Positions 58,300 to 64,000 of a stretch of DNA of 64,000 nt are shown here, piece after piece. Source of the DNA: Candidatus Eiseniibacteriota bacterium (GTDB lineage Bacteria > Eisenbacteria > RBG-16-71-46); contig CAVZLN010000003.1 in assembly GCA_963776245.1 (NCBI GenBank), positions 1,024,001 through 1,088,000 on the forward strand. Direction: 5' to 3'. Position numbers and translations under genes: made by a program. Position 1 is the first letter of the stretch. Each line of letters begins with the position of its first letter. A model generated the notes under the pieces. The model was not told where the DNA came from, made no database searches, and worked only from the letters and a program-made list of their open reading frames with translations.

Positions 58300-59636
58300 C
58301 GACGACGGACCTCCGTACCGCGAACGCCGCGCAGGCGGCGGCCTGGCCGGCGCTGGCCGAAGCGCGCGCGGCGCAGCACCGCGAGCCCGCGTGGGCGCTC
58401 GAGAAGCGCCGCGCCGCCGCCCGCATCGGCGCCACGCTGGCGTTCCCGGACCGCCTGCAGGAGCTGTGGCGTCGCACCGACTTCGGCTCGCTCGCGCTCG
58501 GGGACCTGGCCCCGTTCGCCCCCGCCACGCGGGCGCGCAACGTGGACGACCTTCCCGCTCCGATCGTGGAGCGCCTGGCGGCCGACGCCGCGGCGGTGGC
58601 GCTGCTGGTGCAGCGCGACGGCGAGGTGGTGCTCGAGCAGACCCATCCGGAGCTCGAGCGGCAGGGTGTCATCGTGTGCTCGATGGAGCGCGCGCTGCGC
58701 GAGCACGGCGACAAGCTCCGGGCGCGCCTCGGCGCGCTGGTCGAGCCCGGCCACGACGCGTTCACCGCGCTGCATGCCGCGGTGCGCGCGGGCGGCGCGT
58801 TCGTGTGGGTGCCTGACGGCGTGGAGGCCGCGGTGCCGATCCGGCTGTTCCAGTGGATCGACGGCCCGGGCGTGCTGAACGCGCCGGCGACCGTGATCGT
58901 GGTGGGCGCCAACGCGCAGGCGACCGTGCTCGAGGACCAGCTCTCCTCCGGATTCGATGGCGTGTCGTTCCACGCCGGCTCCACCGAGGTGTTCGTAGGG
59001 GACGGCGCCCGCCTGGTGTTCGCCACCGACGAGGAATGGGGACGCAGCGTCGTCCACTACTCGAACCAGCGCGCCACCGTCGGCCGCGATGCCGAGCTCC
59101 AGTGGGTGCAGAACCTGCTCGGGGCGCGGATGGTGAAGACGAACTCGTACTTCGACATGGCGGGGCAGGGCGCGCGCGCGTATGTGCATGGCTTCATGTT
59201 CGGGGACGCGCGCCAGCACTTCGACCTGCACACGCTCCAGCGTCATCTGCAGCCCAACACCACCAGCGACCTGCTCATCAAGACGGCGCTCAAGGACCGC
59301 GCGCGCAGCGTCTATCAGGGGCTGATCCAGGTGAGCGAGGGGGCGCAGCGCACCGACGCCTACCAGGCGAACCGCAACCTGCTGCTCTCCGACACCGCGC
59401 GGGCGGACAGCATCCCGGGCCTCGAGATCCTCGCCAACGACGTGCGCTGCACCCATGGCGCGACCATCGGGCAGGTGGACGAGGAGCAGATGTACTATCT
59501 GCTGGCGCGCGGCCTGCGCCGGAACGAGGCCCAGCGGCTGATCGTCGAGGGGTTCTTCGCGCCGGTGCTCGACCGCATCCCGCTGGAGGCCGTGCGCGAA
59601 CGCCTGCGACACGCCATCCAGCAGAAGATCGGTTAG
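58296..59636 (+). CDS. sufD: Fe-S cluster assembly protein
   Basis: [42 protein letters not shown]. Confidence 0.94.
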   Translation: MTTTDLRTANAAQAAAWPALAEARAAQHREPAWALEKRRAAARIGATLAFPDRLQELWRRTDFGSLALGDLAPFAPATRARNVDDLPAPIVERLAADAAAVALLVQRDGEVVLEQTHPELERQGVIVCSMERALREHGDKLRARLGALVEPGHDAFTALHAAVRAGGAFVWVPDGVEAAVPIRLFQWIDGPGVLNAPATVIVVGANAQATVLEDQLSSGFDGVSFHAGSTEVFVGDGARLVFATDEEWGRSVVHYSNQRATVGRDAELQWVQNLLGARMVKTNSYFDMAGQGARAYVHGFMFGDARQHFDLHTLQRHLQPNTTSDLLIKTALKDRARSVYQGLIQVSEGAQRTDAYQANRNLLLSDTARADSIPGLEILANDVRCTHGATIGQVDEEQMYYLLARGLRRNEAQRLIVEGFFAPVLDRIPLEAVRERLRHAIQQKIG

Positions 59637-59640
59637 AGCC

Positions 59641-60906
59641 ATGACGCACGCCGCCGGGCCGGCCGGGACCGCTCCGCCCCGCACCTTCGATGCGCACGCG
59701 ATCCGCGCCAAGTTCCCGATCTTCCGGGAGCCGCGCGAGACGCCGCTCGTGTATCTCGACAGCGCCGCCACCTCGCAGAAGCCGGACGCGGTGCTCGAGG
59801 CGATGGATCGCTACTACGCCACCATCAACTCGAACATCCACCGCGGGGTCTACCGCATCGCCGAACAGGCGACCGCGGCGTTCGAGGACGCGCGTGCCCG
59901 CGTGGCGCGCTTCGTCCACGCGCCGAGCCCGCGCGAGGTGATCTTCACGCGCAACAGCACCGAGGCCATCAACCTCGTCGCGTACGCATGGGGCCGCGCA
60001 TTCACGTCGAGGGGCGACGCGATCCTGCTGACCGAGATGGAGCACCACTCGAACCTGGTGCCGTGGCAGCTCCTGGCCGCGGAACGCGGGCTCGAACTGC
60101 GCTTCATCCCGGTGACGCCCGGCGGCGAGCTCGAGCTCGCCGCGCTGCCGCGCCTGCTGGGCGATGGCCGGGTGAAGCTCGCGTCGTTCATCCACGTCTC
60201 GAACGTGCTCGGCACGGTGAACGACGCCGCCGCGATCGCGCGCGCCGCGAAGGCCGCGGGCGCGACCGTGCTGGTGGACGCCTCGCAGAGCGTGCCGCAC
60301 ATGCCGGTGGACGTGCAGGCGCTGGGCGCGGACTTCGTCGCGTTCACCGGGCACAAGATGCTCGGTCCGACCGGGATCGGCGTGCTGTGGGGGCGCCGCG
60401 CGCTGCTCGAGGCGATGCCGCCGTTCCTCGGCGGCGGCGAGATGATCCGCGAGGTCAAGCTCACCGAGTCGAAGTGGAACGACCTGCCATGGAAGTTCGA
60501 GGCCGGCACCATGGCGATCGCCGAGGCCATCGGGCTCGGCGCCGCGGTGGACTTCCTCGACGACCTGGGACCGGACGCGGTGTTCGCCCACGACCAGGCG
60601 CTGGCCGCGCTCGCCATGGAGCGTCTCGCCGAGGTGAAGGGCGTGCGTGTGCTCGGTCCGCCGCCGCACCGGCGCGGCGGGGTGGTGGCGTTCACGCTCG
60701 AGGGCGTGCACCCGCACGATCTCGCCACCGTGCTCGACGCGGGCGGCGTGGCGGTGCGGGCGGGGCATCACTGCGCGATGCCGTTGCACGAGAAGCTCGG
60801 CGTGCCGGCCTCGGCGCGCGCCTCGTTCCACTGCTATTCGGTGCCCGAGGACGTCGATGCGCTGATCCGGGGCGTGCGCCGCGCCAGCGAGGTGTTCGGG
60901 CGATGA
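59641..60906 (+). CDS. sufS: Cysteine desulfurase
   Basis: YLDSAATSQKP, EHHSNLVPWQ, TGHKMLGPTG, RAGHHCA. Confidence 0.96.
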   Translation: MTHAAGPAGTAPPRTFDAHAIRAKFPIFREPRETPLVYLDSAATSQKPDAVLEAMDRYYATINSNIHRGVYRIAEQATAAFEDARARVARFVHAPSPREVIFTRNSTEAINLVAYAWGRAFTSRGDAILLTEMEHHSNLVPWQLLAAERGLELRFIPVTPGGELELAALPRLLGDGRVKLASFIHVSNVLGTVNDAAAIARAAKAAGATVLVDASQSVPHMPVDVQALGADFVAFTGHKMLGPTGIGVLWGRRALLEAMPPFLGGGEMIREVKLTESKWNDLPWKFEAGTMAIAEAIGLGAAVDFLDDLGPDAVFAHDQALAALAMERLAEVKGVRVLGPPPHRRGGVVAFTLEGVHPHDLATVLDAGGVAVRAGHHCAMPLHEKLGVPASARASFHCYSVPEDVDALIRGVRRASEVFGR

Positions 60907-61319
60907 GCGGGTGGGACGACCTGTACCGCGAGAACATCCTCGACCACTACAAACATCCGCGTAACCAGGGAACGCTCGAGCATCCCGACATCACGTTCGA
61001 GGACGCGAACCCGCTGTGCGGCGACCGGCTGCGAATGGACTTCCGCATCGCCGACGGGCGCATCGCCGAGGTCCGCTTCTCCGGCACCGGGTGCTCGATC
61101 AGCCAGGCCTCGGCCTCGATGCTGTGCGAGCGCGTCGAGGGCCGGACGCTGGAGGAGGTCAAGTCGCTCACGCGCGAGGACATGCTCGGGATGCTCGGCA
61201 TCGACCTCGGGCCGGTGCGCCTCAAGTGCGCGCTGCTCGCCCTCAAGACGCTCAAGTCCGCGGTCTACGGGATGACCCCGTGGCCGGGCGAGGACGAGGA
61301 CGCGGAGCCCGGACCATGA
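60903..61319 (+). CDS. sufU: SUF system NifU-like sulfur-transfer protein
   Basis: YRENILDHYKHPRN, NPLCGD, GCSISQASAS, RLKCA. Confidence 0.93.
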   Translation: MSGWDDLYRENILDHYKHPRNQGTLEHPDITFEDANPLCGDRLRMDFRIADGRIAEVRFSGTGCSISQASASMLCERVEGRTLEEVKSLTREDMLGMLGIDLGPVRLKCALLALKTLKSAVYGMTPWPGEDEDAEPGP

Positions 61320-61636
61320 GCGCGGCGGCCGGCTTCGTGACCGTGGCGCGGGTCGGGGACATCCCCGAGGGCGGCGTCAAGGTGACCTACGTCGACGGCG
61401 TGGCGGTCGCCGTGTTCCACGTCGGCGGGGAGTACTTCGCGATCGAGGACGTGTGCACCCACGACGGCGGTCCGCTCGCGGAGGGCGCGCTCGCGGGCCA
61501 CATCATCGAGTGCCCGCGCCATGGGGCGCGGTTCGACATCCGCACCGGCGCGGTGAAGGCGATGCCCGCGACCTCGCCGGTGCCGACCTACGCCGTGCGC
61601 GTGCAGGACGGCGACATCCTTGTGGGGTGGTCATGA
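61316..61636 (+). CDS. Rieske-type ferredoxin
   Basis: CTHDGGPL and ECPRHGARFD. Confidence 0.93.
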   Translation: MSAAAGFVTVARVGDIPEGGVKVTYVDGVAVAVFHVGGEYFAIEDVCTHDGGPLAEGALAGHIIECPRHGARFDIRTGAVKAMPATSPVPTYAVRVQDGDILVGWS

Positions 61637-62142
61637 GCGACGAGAGAGCCAGGAACCCGCACACCGGGCAGCCGCTGCCCGAGGAGACCCGGCCGCGCGA
61701 CGCCGCGCCGCCCTCCGCCGGGGCGCGGGGAACGCAACCGGGTCACCCGGGCGGGCCCGCGCCGACGATGGGCGCCGCCGATCCGGCGTACGAGGCGGCG
61801 GCGGGGGCCTCGTCGTTCGCGGAGGCCCAGCAGGCCGCGACCGCCGCGCCCAGCCAGCAGGAGCTGGCCATCCGCGCCGCGCTCGGGACGGTGATGGACC
61901 CCGAGATCGGGCTCTCGGTCATCGATCTCGGCCTCATCCGCGAGATCCTGCTCCAGCCCGGGCACACCCACATCAAGATGATGCTCACGACGCCCTTCTG
62001 CCCGTACGCGCCCCAGATGATGGAGGACGTGAAGCAGGCGGCCCTGAGCGTGGTGCCCCAGGTCTGCGAGGTCGAGCTGCTGGTCGACCCGTGGAGCCCG
62101 GACCTGATGCCCGATCCAAGCCTCCTCGGGTACTCCTTCTAG
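61633..62142 (+). CDS. sufT: DUF59 / SufT metal-sulfur cluster assembly factor with low-complexity N-terminal extension
   Basis: VMDPEIGLSVIDLGLI, LTTPFCP, PWSPDLM. Confidence 0.88.
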   Translation: MSDERARNPHTGQPLPEETRPRDAAPPSAGARGTQPGHPGGPAPTMGAADPAYEAAAGASSFAEAQQAATAAPSQQELAIRAALGTVMDPEIGLSVIDLGLIREILLQPGHTHIKMMLTTPFCPYAPQMMEDVKQAALSVVPQVCEVELLVDPWSPDLMPDPSLLGYSF

Positions 62143-62206
62143 CACCTCGCCTGACACCGACCGGCGACGCTCGAGGACGTTCGACGGTCGGGACCCGGAT
62201 GCCGCC

Positions 62207-62761
62207 TCACCAGTTGTAGGAGAGCCCCCAGTTGAGCTTCACCTGGGTCGCACCGGGGAGATGGTGGTACTTCGCCTCGACGAAGTTCTCGAGCTTGCCG
62301 GCGAGCGGGAACGTCAGCCCGCCCAGCGCCGCCAGTCCCCCGCGGATCGCGGCGTCCGAGTCGTCGATCGTGGGCACGGTCGAGCGCAGCGCGGCCGAGA
62401 GGAAGTGGATCCCGTAGCCGGCGCCCAGATACGGCCGCGCGTTGCCGACCTTGAATTCCCAGCGCGCGTCGAGCCCGAGCGTGGCGTCCTTGCGGGAGGA
62501 GGTGAAGTCGTAGGTCTGGGCCCGCACACGGGTGTGACTGCGCCAGTACTCGAGGGTCGGCATGAACACCAGTTGGGGCACGAGCGCGTCCGAACGCAGC
62601 CGGGCGCGCAGCGCCAGGCCCGAGAACGAACTCTGGTCCTGTTCCAGCACGGTGGAGGAGATGCCGTCGATGCCCGCGAGGGTGAGGCCCGCGCGCGCGG
62701 GGCCGGGGACGAGCAGGGCGAGCGAGAGCGCGGCCATGAGAACCAGGTCCGTCTGGCGCAT
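62207..62761 (-). CDS. Small outer-membrane beta-barrel protein
   Basis: Signal peptide, alternating beta strands, PYLGAGYG, FVEAKYH, and terminal aromatic LSYNW. Confidence 0.75.
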   Translation of the reverse strand: MRQTDLVLMAALSLALLVPGPARAGLTLAGIDGISSTVLEQDQSSFSGLALRARLRSDALVPQLVFMPTLEYWRSHTRVRAQTYDFTSSRKDATLGLDARWEFKVGNARPYLGAGYGIHFLSAALRSTVPTIDDSDAAIRGGLAALGGLTFPLAGKLENFVEAKYHHLPGATQVKLNWGLSYNW

Positions 62762-62932
62762 GCATACTCCTTGGAGGGTCCATCCTCCGTCGAACGGCGC
62801 AGGGTGCAGGGGAGCGACCCGGGTACCGTAGCAGGCGCGCCGGCGCAGTGCCAGACCGAAGCGAGGACGGTACGGAATCGGGCCCGACGCGGATGCCCCT
62901 CCGCCCGGGCGGAACCACCCGCCAGGCGCCTG

Positions 62933-64000
62933 TCAGCGGGTGGCGAACCCCACCGCCGCGTCCTGCCAGGTGGCGACGCGGGTCCAGCGCAGTCCCTGCG
63001 ATCGCACCATCGCCTCGGTCGCGTCGGCGGGCCCGAACAGCCACACGCGCCCGTGCGCGTCGGCCTCGGCGGCGAGCGAGTCGCGGCTCACGAACACCTC
63101 CGCCCGCGTCGCCGCGTCGTCGAAGCGAGTTTCGCGCGGCACCTCGAGCAGGCGCACGCGCTCGCGAAGGTAAAATGACAGCCCGGCGTCGAAGCGCGCG
63201 AATTCCACCACCGGCTCCCCGGCGCGACGGTTCTCGCGCAACACCTCGACCACGGCGCGCGGCGAGCCGAGCGCGCGATCGTAGCGCGCCAGCGCCACCC
63301 ATGCGGCGGTGAGGCCCACCGCCACCAGCAGCGCGGCGCGCGCGGGCGGGCCGTCGGTGACGCGGAACGCGGCCAGCACCAGCGCCGCGAGCGCGATCCA
63401 CATCCCGGCCGGGATGCGGAACGCCTCCGGCGGGTCGATGCCGACGAGGCGGCCCAGCAGGTGGCGCGCGGCGATCCAGCCCGCGGCGGCGAGCACCAGC
63501 AGGAGCAGCCCGGTGGCATGGCGCAGCGGGCGCCCGCCGCGCTCGAACCCCATCGCCGCCAGCAGCGCCACCGCCGGCATGCAGGGCAGGAGGTAGGCGG
63601 GGAGCTTCGAGCCGGAGGTGGAGAACACCACCAGTGGCGCCACCAGCCAGAGGATCAGCAGCCGCGCCTCGAGCCGCGCGTGCTCCTGCCACGCGCGGCG
63701 CAGCCCGACGATCATCGCGGGGGTCCACGGCAGCGCGCCCGCGGCCAGCACCACGAGGAAGTACCACGGCGGCCCGGCGCGTTGGTGCGCGGTGGTGGTG
63801 TAGCGGACCCAGGTCTGCTCGCCGAGCAGGTAGCCGATCAGTCCCGGCGTGCGCGCCGCCACCACGAGGTACCAGGGCAGCGCCACCACGCCGAACCCCA
63901 GCCAGCCCCACCCCGGTCCGAGCAGCGCCAGCGGCGCGCGCTCGCGCTTCCAGGCCGCGGCCACCAGCACCGGCAGCAGGGTCGGCAGCAGCACCACCGG
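62933..64000 (-). CDS. ArnT-like glycosyltransferase family 39 protein, 5' truncated by the window edge
   Basis: ALPWYLVV, GPPWYF, LPWTP, FSTSGSKLPAYLLP. Confidence 0.85.
   Translation of the reverse strand, partial: PVVLLPTLLPVLVAAAWKRERAPLALLGPGWGWLGFGVVALPWYLVVAARTPGLIGYLLGEQTWVRYTTTAHQRAGPPWYFLVVLAAGALPWTPAMIVGLRRAWQEHARLEARLLILWLVAPLVVFSTSGSKLPAYLLPCMPAVALLAAMGFERGGRPLRHATGLLLLVLAAAGWIAARHLLGRLVGIDPPEAFRIPAGMWIALAALVLAAFRVTDGPPARAALLVAVGLTAAWVALARYDRALGSPRAVVEVLRENRRAGEPVVEFARFDAGLSFYLRERVRLLEVPRETRFDDAATRAEVFVSRDSLAAEADAHGRVWLFGPADATEAMVRSQGLRWTRVATWQDAAVGFATR

Noticed and set aside
62839..62853. Further sigma54-like GG-N10-GC matches (here on the minus strand, and near 43469-43483)
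   Set aside because: The -12 elements are poor (CGGC), and such matches are frequent by chance at this GC content.
1..64000. CRISPR array, rRNA, tRNA, reverse transcriptase or known defence systems
   Set aside because: No regularly spaced repeats, structural RNA signatures or corresponding protein motifs were seen by eye.

Overview
This is a very GC-rich bacterial window from a diderm organism. TonB-dependent receptor, CsgG-like, outer-membrane barrel and FlgD-Ig/T9SS-A-type C-terminal domain genes suggest an FCB-group lineage such as Ca. Eisenbacteria (inference only). Most of it is housekeeping and envelope genes: GT-C-type membrane glycosyltransferases, type III glutamine synthetase, tag, solA, a MATE transporter, a split opp ABC system interrupted by an MsrPQ-like pair, a xanthine-dehydrogenase-family LSM operon, ADP-forming acyl-CoA ligase, pntAA/AB/B, icd and a complete SUF operon. 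No rRNA, tRNA or CRISPR array was seen. The most interesting signals are four. (1) An accessory island at about 10.55-13.75 kb has small secreted-protein genes preceded by orphan 3' ends of a tyrosine recombinase gene (two clear copies, 56/65 nt identical, each ending in an ATGA overlap with the cargo gene) and followed by a shared TGTAGCAC motif, which looks like a cassette array. (2) A MerR-family regulator with a CxxC-x8-CxxC tail heads the SUF operon and has a palindromic candidate operator. (3) Signal-peptide, tandem TonB-C proteins with a recurring helix Cys flank a TlpA thioredoxin. (4) Candidate sigma54, sigma28 and leaderless promoters are present. About eight single-base frameshifts, several in core genes, most likely reflect assembly indel errors.
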